Both the position numbers and the translations under genes were made by a program. Below are positions 1-12,556 of a stretch of DNA of 64,000 bases, in pieces (the stretch's first letter is position 1; every line of letters begins with the position of its first letter). A model generated the notes under the pieces. It saw only the letters and a list, made by a program, of their open reading frames with translations, was not told the origin of the DNA and made no database searches. The DNA is from Mobula hypostoma (Eukaryota). The stretch covers positions 246,452,001-246,516,000 of the forward strand of contig NC_086097.1 of NCBI RefSeq assembly GCF_963921235.1, read 5' to 3'.

Positions 1-565
1 AGGAACATCTGGAGAAACTTCTGAAATGCCTGCTTCGCTGCCGCTGCTACTGTGCGATCGAAAAATCTCCAGAGGGAAAGGCCCCAAATCCTTGGCTTTG
101 CCTATTGCCTATTGCCGGGGTCAAAGCGCTCGGCAGAGATGGTGCTCGGTGTCGGAGGGCTGGTCGGAGGCTTAAAGTTTTTGGATGGACTCAAGAGTCG
201 GCTGTGGTCGGGTGCTTCCAGGGTACTGCATCTGCAAGTTTGCGGCGCTGGAGGTTCATGGCAGCGAGAGTTTTTTTTTTCTTCCTTCCACCGTCTGTGT
301 GAGATGATGGGACTTTCGACAGACTTTGAGACATTTTTTTACCGTGCCCATGGTCTGTTCTTTATCAAATTACGGTATTGCTTTACACTGTTGTAACTAT
401 ATGTTATAATTATGTGGTTTTTGTCAGTTTTTTTTAGTCTTGCTTTGACTTGTGTTTCTGTGGTATCATACCGGAGAAACATTGTATCATTTCTTAACGC
501 ATACATTACTAAATGACAATAAAAGAGGACTGCGCGTCCTCATAATCTAACCTAATCTAATCTAA
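1..565 (+). mobile_element. 3' end of an unclassified non-LTR retroelement (5' part outside the window)
   Basis: AATAAA at 518-523, hairpin GAGGAC-tgcgc-GTCCTC at 525-541, then a (TAATC)n tail at 543-565. Confidence 0.6.
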
Positions 566-2343
566 AAGATATTGTGGAGGCAGTAGTAGGGGATTTTAAC
601 TTGTCACGTATTGATTGGGACTCCCATACAGTAAAAGAACTAGATGGGATCGAGTTTATCAGATAAGTTCAGGAATGTTTCTTTAATCAGTACATAGTAG
701 TCCCAATGACAGAGTATGCAATATTTATCTGCTATTAGGGAATGACAGAAGTTTGCGTAGGGGAACACTTTGCATCTAGAGATCACAATGCCATTAGTTT
801 CACAGTAAAGATGCAAAAAGATAGGTCTCGTTTGCGCGTTGAGATTCTAAATTGGAATCCAATTCCGATGATATCAGAAAGGATCTGCTAGTATGGATTA
901 GGAAAGGTTGTTTTTCTGGCAAAAGTGTATGTGATAAGTGGAAGGCCTTCAAAAGTGAAATTTTGGAAGTACAAAGCTTATATGTGCCTATCAGAATAAA
1001 ATGTAAAGATAACAAGTGTGGGGAACCTTGGTTTTCAAGAGATATTGAGGCTCTGGATTTTTAAAAAAGGACGGATTCCTCAGATGTTAAGAGTAAAATG
1101 ATTGCAAGGGACTAGATTGGTCCTCTGAAAGGTCAGAATGGTAATCCATGCATGGAGCCAAAAGAGATGGGGGAGATCTTAAATGGATTTTTTGCTCAGG
1201 AGACAGACACAGAGTCTACAGAAGTAAGGCAAAACAGCATCAACTTCATGGACTCCATACAGATTAAAGAGGACAAGGTGTTTACTGTCTTGATGCAAAT
1301 TGGGGTGGATAAATTCCCAGGACAAGGTATTCCCTCAGACCCTGTGGGAGGCAAGTGCATTAATTGCTGGGGCCCTAGAAGAGATATTTATATCATCCTT
1401 AGTGACAGGTGAGGTGCCAGAGGATTGGAGGATAGCTAATGTTGTAATGCTGATTAAGAAAGGCTCTAAAAATAAACCAGGAAATTATAGACCAATGAGT
1501 CTGCTTCAGTAATGGGAAAGAAGTTATTGAAAGGTATTCTAAGGGGCTGGATATATGAGTATTTGTATAGACATGGACTGATTAAGGATAGTCAGCATAG
1601 CTTCATGTGTGGTAGATCATACCTAAGCAATATTATAGTTTTTCGAGGAAGTTACCAGCAAAGTTGATGAAGGCAAGGCAGTGGATATTGTCGACATGGA
1701 CTTCAGCAAGACATCTGACAAGGTCCTGCATGGGAGGTTGGTCAAGACAGTTCAGTCACTCGGTATTCAGGATGAGGTAATAAACTGGATTAGTCATTAG
1801 CTTTGTGGAAGAAACCAGAGAGTGGTAGTAGAGGGTTGCCTCTCTGACTGGAGGCCTGTGACTAGTGGTGTGTTGCAGGAATTAGTGCTGGGTCCACTGT
1901 TGTTTGTCATCTATAGCAAATATCTGGATAATTTGGTTAACTGGATCAGCAAATTTGTGGACGACACCAAGACTGGGGTGTAGTGGACAGTGAGGAAGAC
2001 TATCATGGCTTGCAGCGGGATCTGGACCAGCTGAAAAAATGGGCAGAAAAATGGCAGATGGAATTTAATGCAGACAAGTGCGAGGTTTTGCAGTTCAACC
2101 AGGGTAGGTCTTACACACTGCGGAGTGCGGTAGAATAACGGGATCTGGGAATACAAGTCCAAGATTCATTGAAAGTGGGGTCACAGTTTGATGGGGTTGT
2201 AAAGAAAGTTTTTGGCACATTGGCCTTCTTAAATCAAAGTACTGAGTACAGGAAGTGGGATGTTATGTTGAAGTTATATAAGACATTGGTAAGGCCTAAT
2301 TTGGAGTATTGTGTGCAGTTTTGGTGACCTATCTACAGAAAAT
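566..2343 (+). mobile_element. Degenerate CR1-clade LINE ORF2 (endonuclease end and RT), 5' piece; continues at about 4463
   Basis: Fragmentary peptides such as VPEDWRIANV..KKGSKNKPGNYRP, plus GDFN-like and KFVDDTK motifs; many stops and frameshifts. Confidence 0.9.
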
Positions 2344-4462
2344 AGGTTGCATGGATGAACTACAACAATTGTTCATCCCAGTTTGGCAAAAGAATAAATC
2401 AAGGAAGGTAGTGCACCCGTGGCTGACAAGAGAAATTAGGGATAGTATCAATTCCAAAGAAGTAGCATACAAATTAGCCAGAGGAAGTGGCTCACCTGAG
2501 GACTGGGAGGAATTCAGAGTTCAGCAGAGGAGGACAAAGGGCTTAATTAGGAAGGGGAAAAAAGATTATGAGAGAAAACTGGCAGAGAACATAAAAACGG
2601 ACTGTAAAAGCTTTTATAGATATGTAAAAAGGAAAAGACTGGTAAAGACAAATGTAGGTCCCCTGCAGACAGAAACAGGTGAATTGATTATGGGGAGCAA
2701 GGACATGGCAGACCAATTGAATAATTACTTTGGTTCTGTCTTCACTAAGGAGGACATAAATAATCTTCCAGAAATAGTAAGGGACAGAGGGTCCAGTGAG
2801 ATGGAGGAACTGAGTGAAATACATGTTAGTAGGGAAGTGGTGTTAGGTAAATTGAAGGGATTGAAGGTAGATAAATCCCCAGGGCCAGATGGTCTGCATC
2901 CTAGAGTGCTTAAGGAAGTAGCCCAAGAAATAGTGGATGCATTAGTGATAATTTTTCAAAACTCATTAGATTCTGGACTAGTTCCTGAGGATTGGAGGGT
3001 GGCTAATGTAACCCCAATTTTTAAAAAATGGAGGAAGAGAGAAACCGGGGAATTATAGACCGGTTAGCCTAACGTCGGTGGTGGGGAAACTGCTGGAGTC
3101 AGTTATCAAGGATGTGATAACAGCACATTTGGAAAGCGGAGAAATGATTGGACAAAGTCAGCATGGATTTGTGAAAGGAAAATCATGTCTGACGAATCTC
3201 ATAGAATTTTTTGAGGATGTAACTAGTAGAGTGGATAGGGGAGAACCAGTGGATGTGGTATATTTGGATTTTCAAAAGGCTTTTGACAAGGTCCCACACA
3301 GGAGATTAGTGTGCAAACTTAAAGCACACGGTATTGGGGGTAAGGTATTGGTGTGGGTGGAGAATTGGTTAGCAGACAGGAAGCAAAGAGTGGGAATAAA
3401 CGGGACCTTTTCAGAATGGCAGGCGGTGACTAGTGGGGTACCGCAAGGCTCAGTGCTGGGACCCCAGTTGTTTACAATATATATTAATGACTTGGATGAG
3501 GGAATTAAATGCAGCATCTCCAAGTTTGTGGATGACACGAAGCTTGGCGGCAGTGTTAGCAGTGAGGACGATGCTAAGAGGATGCAGGGTGACTTGAATA
3601 GGTTGGGTGAGTGGGCAAACTCATGGCAGATGCAATTTAATGTGGATAAATGTGAAGTTATCCACTTTGGTGGCAAAAATAGGAAAACAGATTATTATCT
3701 GAATGGTCGCCGATTAGGAAAAGGGGAGGTGCAACGAGACCTGGGTGTCATTATACACCAGTCATTGAAAGTGGGCATGCAGGTACAGCAGGCGGTGAAA
3801 AAGGCGAATGGTATGCTGGCATTTATAGCGAGAGGATTCGAGTACAGGAGCAGGGAGGTACTACTGCAGTTGTACAAGGCCTTGGTGAGACCACACCTGG
3901 AGTATTGTGTGCAGTTTTGGTCCCCTAATCTGAGGAAAGACATCTTTGCCATAGAGGGAGTACAAAGAAGGTTCACTAGATTGATTCCTGGGATGGCAGG
4001 ACTTTCATATGAAGAAAGACTGGATGAACTGGGCTTGTACTCGTTGGAATTTAGAAGATTGAGGGGGGATCTCATTGAAACATATAAGATCCTAAAGGGA
4101 TTGGACAGGCTAGATGCAGGAAGATTGTTCCCGACGTTGGGGAAGTCCAGAACAAGGGGTCACAGTTTGAGTATAGAGGGGAAGCCTTTTAGGACCGAGA
4201 TTAGGAAAAACTTCTTCACACAGAGAGTGGTGAATCTGTGGAATTCTCTGCCACAGCAAACTGTTGAGGCCAGTTCATTGGCTATGTTTAAGAGGGAGTT
4301 AGATATGGCCCTTGTGGCTACAGGGGTCAGGGGGTATGGAGGGAAGGCTGGGGCGGGGTTCTGAGTTGGATGATCAGCCATGATCATAATAAATGGCGGT
4401 GCAGGCTCGAAGGGCCGAATGGCCTACTCCTGCACCTATTTTCTATGTTTCTATGTTTCTAT
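2344..4462 (+). mobile_element. Young 5'-truncated CR1/HER1-type LINE nested in the older CR1
   Basis: Near-intact ORF2, 3' motif GGCTCGAAGGGCCGAATGGCCTACTCCTG, (TTTCTATG)n tail; the host element resumes at AAAGATCTAAATAAGGTTGAAAG. Confidence 0.95.
2351..4364 (+). pseudogene. CR1 ORF2 reverse transcriptase, 5'-truncated, with one frameshift
   Basis: ORFs 2309-3058 and 3078-4364 join if the extra T at about 3029 is removed (FKKGGREKPGNYRP). Motifs KSPGPDG, YLDFQKAFDKV, GVPQGSVLGP, KFVDDTK. Confidence 0.92.
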
Positions 4463-4968
4463 TAAAAGATCTAAATAAGGTTGAAAGAGTACAGAAAATA
4501 TTTACAAGGATGTTGCCGGGTCTGGTGGACCTGTGGACCTGAGTTATAAGGAAAGATTGAATAGGTTAGGACTATATTCCATAGAACGTAGAAGATTGAG
4601 AGGAGATTTGATAGAGGTATACAAAATTATGAGGGGTATAGATAGGGTAAATGCAAGCAGGCTTTTTCCACTGAGGTTGGGTAGGACAACAATTAGGGGC
4701 CATGGGTTATGGATGAAAGGCAAAAATTTAAGGGGAACATGAGAGGAAAGTCAGAGGTTCATGAGAGTGTGGAACGAGCTGCTAGCACAAATGGTGTATG
4801 CAAGCTTGATTTCAACCTTTAAGAGAAATTTGGATAGGTACATGGATGGTTGGGGTGTGGAGGGCTATGGTCCCAGTGCAGGTTGATGGGAATAGGCAGT
4901 TTAAATGGCTCAGCATGGACAAGATAGGCTGTAGGGCCTGTTTCTTTGCTGTACTTTACTATGACTCT
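4463..4968 (+). mobile_element. 3' piece of the older CR1 split by the young insertion
   Basis: LSYKERLNRLGLYSIERRRLRGDLIEVYK peptide and CR1-type 3' UTR. Confidence 0.88.
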
Positions 4969-4969
4969 A

Positions 4970-6047
4970 TTAGTAATGATGTTTCATGTATCACTGGATT
5001 CTAGAATATTTCCAGATGACTGGAAAATAGCAAATGCTACTCCACTCTTTAAGAAGGGAGGGAGGGAAGCAGAAGGAAAAAATTATAGGCCAATTAGCCT
5101 GACTTCAATGGTTGAGAGGATGAGGTTTCAGGGTATTTGAAGGCACACGACACAATAGACCAATGTCAGTATTGTTTCCTTAAGGGGAAAACTTGCCTGA
5201 CAAATCTGTTGTATTTCTTTGAGAATACTAACAAGCAGGATAGATAAAGGAGAGTCAGTGAACGCTGTTTATTTAGATTTTCAGAAGGCCTTTGACAACA
5301 TGCCTCACCTGAGGCTGCTAAACAGGACAAGAGCCCATGATATTACAGGAAAGATGCTAGCACTGATAGAGGATTGGCTGACCAACAGGAGGCAAAGTGT
5401 GGGAATAAAGGGGGGCTTTTTTGCTTGACTGTCAGTGACTAGTGGTTTTCCAAAGGGATTGGTTTTGGGGCTGCTTCTTTTCACGTTGTATGCCAATGAA
5501 TAGGATGATGGAATTGATAGGCTTTGTGGCTAAGATTACATGCAATACAAAGATAGGTGGAGGGACAGGTAGTCTTGAGGAAACACAGAGTCTACAGAAG
5601 GGCTTAGATGGATTGGGTGAAGAGGAAAACAGTGGCAGATGAAATGTAGTGTAGTGAAGTGCTAGTCACACACGTTGGCTGAAGGAATAAAGGTGTAGGC
5701 TATTTACTAAATGGGGAGAACATTGGAGTCATCATGCAGGATCCCAAAAGGTTAACTTGCAGATTAAGTTGGTGGTGAGGAAGGCAAATGAAATGTTAGA
5801 ATTTCTTTAGCCAGGCGATTGTGAATCTGTAGAATTCGTTGCCATGGATGGATCTGGATGTTAAGTCATTGGGTATATTTAAAGCGGACACTGACAGGTC
5901 ATTGATTAGCTAGGTCTCCCATCAAAGCTTATTGGGAGAAGGCGGGAGAATGGGATTGTGAGGGTTAATAAATCAGCTATGATGAAATGCTGGGGCAGAC
6001 TCGATGGGCTGAACGGCCTAATTCTGCTCTTACGTCTTATGGTCTAT
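4970..6047 (+). mobile_element. Degenerate, internally deleted CR1 LINE
   Basis: PDDWKIANATPLFKKGG and YLDFQKAFD peptides; CR1 3' motif near 6000-6045. Confidence 0.85.
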
Positions 6048-6100
6048 GGAGAAAAAGAGTTTGAGGACATTAAGTAGATTTTAATTAGATGACTCTGGAA

Positions 6101-6430
6101 TGGCACTATAGCATAGCAGTTAGTATAAACTCTACTGCAGGCCTAGTGATCACCCAATGGGGTTTGATTCCCACCACGGTCTGTAAGGAGATTCCCTGTA
6201 AGGTACTCCCCATGACTGCATGGGATTCCTCCAGGTGCTCTGGTTTCATCCCACATTCCAAAGACATATGGGTTATGGTGAGTGGGTTGTAGACATGCTA
6301 ATTTGCTGTTGAAAGTGTGGCAGCACTCCTGGGCTGCCTCCTACACAATCCTCGAACCATGTTGGTCGCTGACGTAAAACGATGCATTTCACTGACTGTT
6401 TCAATGTACATGAGACAAACATAGTTAATC
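6101..6430 (+). mobile_element. tRNA-derived V-SINE (HE1-like)
   Basis: A/B-box-like head, then V-domain-like TGGGATTCCTCCAGGTGCTCTGGTTTCATCCCACATTCCAAAGAC. Confidence 0.75.
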
Positions 6431-6434
6431 AGTA

Positions 6435-6600
6435 AATGCAAGAGATTCTGCAGATGCTGGAAACCCTGAGTAACAAACACAAAATGTTAGAGAAATTCAG
6501 TCCTGAAAGATTAAGGGTCTCAGCCCAAAACGTTGGCTGTTTATTCTCCTCTATAGATGCCTCCCGACCTGCTGACTTCCTCTGGCATTTTGTGTTTATT
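6435..6600. mobile_element. Degenerate Penelope-like terminal fragment (inverted plus direct pieces) with a decayed hammerhead core
   Basis: Similar to the ends at 15500-15680 and 38607-38806. Confidence 0.65.
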
Positions 6601-6632
6601 TACAGTTAATATTTTTTTTCCATGGATCAGGC

Positions 6633-7362
6633 TGGAGTTTGGTGGGTATGTTTAGATTGCATTAGGAGAGTGGAGTTTAGTGGGTATGTTTAGATTGCAT
6701 TAGGAGAGTGGAGTTTAGTGGGTACATTTAGACTGCATTAGGAGAGTAGAGTTTGGTGGGTATGTTTAGACTGCATTAGGAGAGTGGAGTTTACTGGGTA
6801 TGTTTAGACTGCATGAGGAGAGTGGAGTTTACTGGGTATGTTTAGACTGCATTAAGAGAGTGGAGTTTGGTGGGTACGTTTAGACTACATTAGGAGAGTG
6901 GAGTTTGGTGGGTATGTTTAGACTGCATTAGGAGAGTGGAGTTTACTGGGTATGTTTAGACTATACTAGGAGAGTGGAGTTTAGTGGGTACGTTTAGACT
7001 GCATTAGGAGAGTAGAGTTTACTGGGTATGTTTAGAGTGCATTAGGAGAGTGGAGTTTGGTAGGTAAGTTTAGACTGCATTAGGAGAGTGGAGTTTGGTG
7101 GGTATGTTTAGACTGCATTAGGAGAGTGGAGTTTGGTGGGTATGTTTAGACTGCATTAGGAGAGTGGAGTTTAGTGGGTATGTTTAGACTGCATTAGGAG
7201 AGTGGAGTTTAGTGCGTAGATTTAGACTGCATTAGGAGAGTGGAGTTTGGTGGGTATGTTTAGACTGCATTAGGAGAGTGGAGTTTAGTGGGTATGTTTA
7301 GACTGCATTAGGAGAGTGGAGTTTAGTGGGTATGTTTAGACTGCATTAGGAGAGTGGAGTTT
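6633..7362. repeat. 38-bp minisatellite, about 19 copies
   Basis: Unit GGAGTTTAGTGGGTATGTTTAGACTGCATTAGGAGAGT; period 38 (6634, 6672 ... 7356). Confidence 0.97.
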
Positions 7363-7574
7363 TTACATTCCTTTCAGTCACAGCTGAGAGTTTCTCAGAT
7401 TTACTCACATGCATATGATTACCATGTCTCAAAAGTCATGAAGTGAAGCAGTCCAGAATGTTCCACCATCCAATCTCGTATATTCCTAACAGGAATGAGT
7501 TCGAATTCCGATGTTCACACATCACTTGACTACAGACTCAGTCTTGAACCATCAAAGTAAGTTTGTTATCCCTG

Positions 7575-8175
7575 AGGCCTCTATAGGTCAGGGTCGACCA
7601 TGGGTATTGTGGCCTAGTTATCTAGATATGCAAGCCAGGGCAGTACGATATGGAGAGCGAGCTGTTGCCCATGTAGCAGGCACCCCCTCTCCCCACAGCT
7701 GATGAATCCAAAGAACGGCAGAAACCGATACAGTTTGGCATCAATGGCGTCACAGGAGTGGCCAGTCAGCGTTAAACTCAACTTTGCACTTTGCTTGTTT
7801 GACCATCTTTGTTTGTGTGTAGTTTCAGGAATCCAGCTCTGGATTTATCCCTCAGGTTTCACCCCCGAAGTCTTCCCCAAGAGTGGGTATAGCCACTAGG
7901 CAGCGGAGATTTGAGATCAGAGTGTTCCTTTTCCAAGATAAGCTGCGAGCCACAACTGATGAGCCCCATTTGCCCGAAGCAACTAGTTTTAAGGTGCCAG
8001 TAACCTGCCTTTGCCCCTTCTCCTGTCCGTAGAAATGGCTCCATCAGGCTTAGTAGCCAAGCCACACATGAAGGACAGGAGTTGGACAGTTGTCAGAGGC
8101 TATTGGAGACACATTTAACAAGTAGTGGAAACTTGTCCCCAGTACCACCCCTCACTATAGCAACCTTAAGGAACC
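7575..8175 (-). mobile_element. Probable RTE-clade 5'-UTR-derived non-autonomous element
   Basis: Minus-strand GGGCTCATCAG...GGAAAAGGAACACTCTGATCTC resembles RTE 5' UTR motifs as I recall them; no ORF. Confidence 0.45.
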
Positions 8176-8574
8176 AAACTTATTATCAAAAGTATGCATT
8201 TGTCACCATATACCTCCCTTGAGATTCATTTTTGTGGGCATTCTCAGTAAATACAAAGAAATACAATAGAATCGATGAAAAACTACACGCAAACAAAGAT
8301 GGTCAAACAAGCAAAGCGCAAAAGATGACGAAGTGTGCAAATACAGAAAAAAAGCAATTCACAGATGGTGACTAACAGTCCAGCGACAAGAGTACAATTT
8401 CCAGCATTACAACTGTGAAATCTGCAGTCAGTTAGAAATCGGGGGAAAAAAACTATTAACAGTTGGTAACAATTACCACATAAAAAACTACTAGTTTATG
8501 TTGCAAAAAACCCAGGTGGTTCCCTACAGGGAAGGAATTCTGCCATCATTACCAGACTTGACCTACATGAGACT

Positions 8575-8785
8575 GCAAGAACTCAGCAGGTCAGGCAGCA
8601 TCTATGGAGAGGAACGAACAATCGATGCTTTAGGCCAAGACCCTTCATTCAATCCTAAAGAAGGCGCTCGGCCCGAAATGGTGACTGTTTATTCGTTTCC
8701 ATAGATGCTGCTGACCGGCTAAGTTCCTCCAGCTGTGTGTGTGTGTTGCTAAAAGTTTCCAGCATCTGCAGAATCTCTAGTGTTT
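8575..8785. mobile_element. Degenerate palindromic Penelope-like terminal element
   Basis: Inverted arms GAACTCAGCAGGTCAGGCAGCATCTATGG and CCATAGATGCTGCTGACCGGCTAAGTTC, centred near 8650. Confidence 0.7.
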
Positions 8786-9079
8786 ATGAGACTCCAGATT
8801 CACCCCACTGAAACCACACAATTCAAGGACAATATATGTGCTCTCAACATAAACAAAGGAGGAAGAATTCTGAAGGGGTATATTTCTCGTCATAATTATG
8901 AGAAAAGCAGGTCAGATATTTTGATACCATCTCTGCAAGATAAAAACTATTCAATAGGAACTTAGAGACTCTTTGTCAGAAACTGGGTGGAACAAGGGTT
9001 AAAGTCCAAGCATCCCTTCCCACCCACATGCCAATACAGATTCAGAATTATTTATCACATGTACATCAAAACATAAAGT

Positions 9080-9360
9080 GGGGTCGCACAGTAGCATAGT
9101 GGTTAGCACAAACAACACTTTATGGTACAGGTGACCTGGGTTCAGTTTCCACTGCTGCCCGTAAAGAGTTTGTACATTCTCCCCCAACCAATTGAGTTTG
9201 CTCTGGGTGCTGCGGTTTCCTCCCAAAGTCCAAAGACGTTCTGGTTGGTAGGTTAATTGGTCATTGCAATTTGTCTCATGATAAGGCTGGGATTAAACTG
9301 GGGATTGCTGGAGGCACAGCTCGAAGGGCTGGAAGGACCTGTTCCATGTTGTATCTCAAT
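9080..9360 (+). mobile_element. V-SINE (HE1-like) with CR1-type tail
   Basis: TAGCATAGTGGTTAGC A-box, GGGTTCAGTTTCC B-box, V-domain, GGCTCGAAGGGC-like tail. Confidence 0.8.
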
Positions 9361-9545
9361 AATTTTTTTAAAGTGCATCATTTGCTTTTATAACCAATAC
9401 ATACACCTGAGGGTGTGCTGGGGGCAGCCCACAAGTGTTGCCACACATACCAGAGTCAACAAAGCGTACCCACAATGTTCAGCAGAATGGCACAGAACCC
9501 AACAAGCAACAAAACAACAGCAGCAAAACAAGCCCCATTCCTCCT

Positions 9546-9552
9546 ACACACA

Positions 9553-9602
<50 letters not shown>
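9546..9602. repeat. (CA)n microsatellite
   Basis: Read directly from the sequence. Confidence 0.99.
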
Positions 9603-9604
<2 letters not shown>

Positions 9605-9959
9605 CCCCCTAAAGGCCTGAATTCTCTGTTCTCCAGTCTCTAAGTGTTGGTCATCGAGCTCTATCTTCTGGACTTTCAGGCTTCAGACTTCAGTATTGAC
9701 CCTCAGACTAGCCAAAACCTAGGCTCAAACTCCAGGCTTGTTGACTGACTGGACTTCACGCCTCCTGCTTGCACAGGCATCCAATCCTGGGACAAAAATC
9801 CTATCAGCCCATGTCACTGATCGTTGAACAATTAAAGTAACATTCTCTCTCAGACAGGAGCTTTTTGAAGACATATGAAACTGGATCATTTCACAATTTT
9901 AATTTCTACTATCTACAATGTCCTCCAGCAAAATCTGGTAGGCATTTAATGGGAATGTT

Positions 9960-10202
9960 AAAAAAACATACCAGAGGATCTCAGCAGGTCAGGCAGCATC
10001 TACGGAGGGAAATAAACAGTCAACATTTCAGTGTGAGACTTTTCATCAGGATCCTGATGAAGAGTTCCAGGCCAAAGCATCAACCATTCATTACCCTCCA
10101 TGGATGCTCCCTGACTTCGCTGACACCGTCCAGCATTTTGTGCATTTTACTCGACAGTGTGAGTTTGTTGCTCAAGATTTCCAACATCTGCAGAATCTCT
10201 TG
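9960..10202. mobile_element. Degenerate palindromic Penelope-like terminal element
   Basis: Palindromic centre TTCATCAGGATCCTGATGAA at about 10041-10060, with flanking inverted arms. Confidence 0.7.
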
Positions 10203-12330
10203 CATCACTGGATATGTTCAAAAATTTATTTCTATGAGGATCAGGGATTCCCCTCTTAATATCTCAAAGAGAATAATGAATGCTGAAACTGACACCCTAC
10301 AGAAAACCCCATGACATAAACCGCTCCAGAACAACTGCCCCAGTAGTTATTCCCAGAAAATAAGACGATAAGACAATAAGATACAAGAGCAGAATCAGGC
10401 CATTCAGCTCAACAAGTCTACTCTGCTGATCATGGATCATTAAATCATGGCTGATTTAATATCCTTCTCAACCCCTTCTCCTGCCCTCTCCCATAACCTT
10501 TGACGCCCTGACTAATCAAAAACCTATCAACTCCGATTTAAATAATCTGGCCTCCTCTTCCGTCTGTGGCAATGAATTTCACAGATTCACCATCCTCTGG
10601 CTAAAAAAATTCTTCCTCATCTCTGTTCTAAAGGGATGTCACTTCATTCTGAGGCTGTGCCCTCTGGTCCCAGACCCCCACTATAGGAAACATCCTCCCT
10701 ACAACCACTCTATCTAAATCTTTCAATATTCGATAAGTTTAATGTGATCCCCCTTCATTCTTTTTAAACTCCAATGAGTACAGGACCAGACCCATCAAAC
10801 ACTCTCCATACATTAACCCTTTCACTCCTCGAATCATTCTCGTGAACCTCCACTGAACCTTCTCCAATGTTAGCACATCGTGCTCGTAAATTCCAGTCCT
10901 CTGGAAATGAAGTCTAACATTATATTTACATAAGAACACAGAACATAAAAAATAGGAGCAGGAGTAGGCCATCCGGCCCATCGAGCCTGCCCCGCCATTC
11001 AATAAGATCATGGCTGATCTGTCCATAAACTCAGCTCCATCTACCTGCCTTTTCCCCATAACCCTTAATTCCCCTACTATATAAAAATTTATCTAACTGT
11101 ACCTTAAATATATTAGTGAAGAAGCTTCAACTGCATCCCTGGGCACAGAATTCCACAGATTCACCACTCTCTGGGAAAAACAGTTTCTCATCTCCATCCT
11201 AAATCTTCTCCCCTGAATCTTGAGGCAATATCCCCCAGTTCTAGTCTCACCTACCAATGGAAACAACTTTCCTACTTCTATCTTATCTATCCCTTTCAAA
11301 ATTTTGTATGTTTCTATAAGATCCCCTCTCATTCTTCTGAACTCCAGAGAGTATAGTCCCAGGCGACTCAATCTCCTCCTCATAAGTTAACCCCTTCATC
11401 CCTGGAATCAACCTAGTGAACCTCCTCTGCACTGTTTCCAAAACCAGTATATCCTTCCTCAAGTATGGAGACCAGAACTGCACACAGTACTCCAGGTGCG
11501 GCCTCACCAGTACCCTGTATAGTTGCAGCATGACCTCCCTGCTCTTCAATTCAATCCCTCTAGCAAATTCCATTTGTCTTCTTAAAAAGCTGTTGCACCT
11601 GCAAGCCAACTTCTTGCAATTCATGCACAAGCACTCCCAAGCCCCTCTGCACAACAGCATGCTGCAATCTTTCACTATTTAAATAATAATCTGCTCTTCT
11701 ATTATTCCTTCCAAAGTGGATGATCTCGCATTTACCAACGTTGTATTCCATCTGCCAGACCTTGGCCCACTCGCTTAACCTATCTATATCCCTCTGCAAA
11801 CTCTCCACATCCACTGTACAATTTGCTTTTCCACTCAGTTTAGTGTCATCAGCAAATTTTGCTACGCTACACTCAGTCCCCTCTTCCAAATCATCACTGT
11901 AAATGGTAAACAGCTGAGGGCCCAGCACCGACCCCTGCGGCACCCCACTCACCACTGACTGCCAACTAGAGAAACACCCATTTATACCAACTCTCTGCCT
12001 TCGATTGGTTAACCAATCCACTATCCATGCCAATACACTTCCTCCGACTCCATGCATCCATATCTTATTTATAAGTCTCTTGTGGGGCACCTTATCAAAC
12101 ACCTTCTGGAAATCCAAGTACACGATATCCACCTGTTCCCCTCTATCCACGGCACTCATTATGTCCTCAAAGAACTCCAATAAGTTTGTCAAACAGGACC
12201 TGCCCTTTCTGAATCCATGCTGCGTCTGTCTAATGGAACCACTCCTTTCTAAATGTTTTGCTATTTCTTCCTTAATGACAGCTTCAAGCATTTTCCTGAC
12301 TACAGATGTTAAGCTAACTGGCCTATAGTT

Positions 12331-12556
12331 CTGCCAATCAACTGTCCAGCTCTTGGCTCTATCCCTCCCTCTACTGTCCTCCTGTCTTCTCCTATCATTT
12401 TGGATCTCCCCCTCCCCCTCTCGCTTTCAAATCTCTTACTAGCTCTTCTTTCAATTAGTCCTGACGAAGGGTCTCGGCCTGAAACGTTGACTGTACCTCT
12501 TCCTAGAGATGCTGCCTGGCCTGCTGCATTCACCAGCAACTTTTATGTGTGTTCCT
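12331..12556 (+). mobile_element. Penelope-like terminal fragment inserted in CR1, 12-bp TSD
   Basis: TGGCCTATAGTT at 12319-12330 and 12557-12568. Confidence 0.88.
12457..12492 (+). ncRNA. Minimal type I hammerhead ribozyme motif (GUU triplet)
   Basis: AGTC-CTGACGA-AGGgtctcggCCT-GAAACGTT-GACT. Confidence 0.75.

Noticed and set aside
3078..4364. RT as a retron, DGR or group II intron system
   Set aside because: The motifs, 3' UTR and octamer tail are those of a CR1 LINE
3272..4387. Antisense ORFs over CR1 and Rex1 RT regions
   Set aside because: They are shadows of the sense reading frame
6633..7362. CRISPR-like periodicity (also in the 37-bp array)
   Set aside because: Units are contiguous with no unique spacers, there are no cas genes, and the context is eukaryotic
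7697..7735. CTGATGA...GAAAC as another hammerhead
   Set aside because: Stem II and stems I/III cannot be paired convincingly
9080..9160. tRNA genes at SINE heads
   Set aside because: The A/B boxes are followed by a V-domain and no cloverleaf forms
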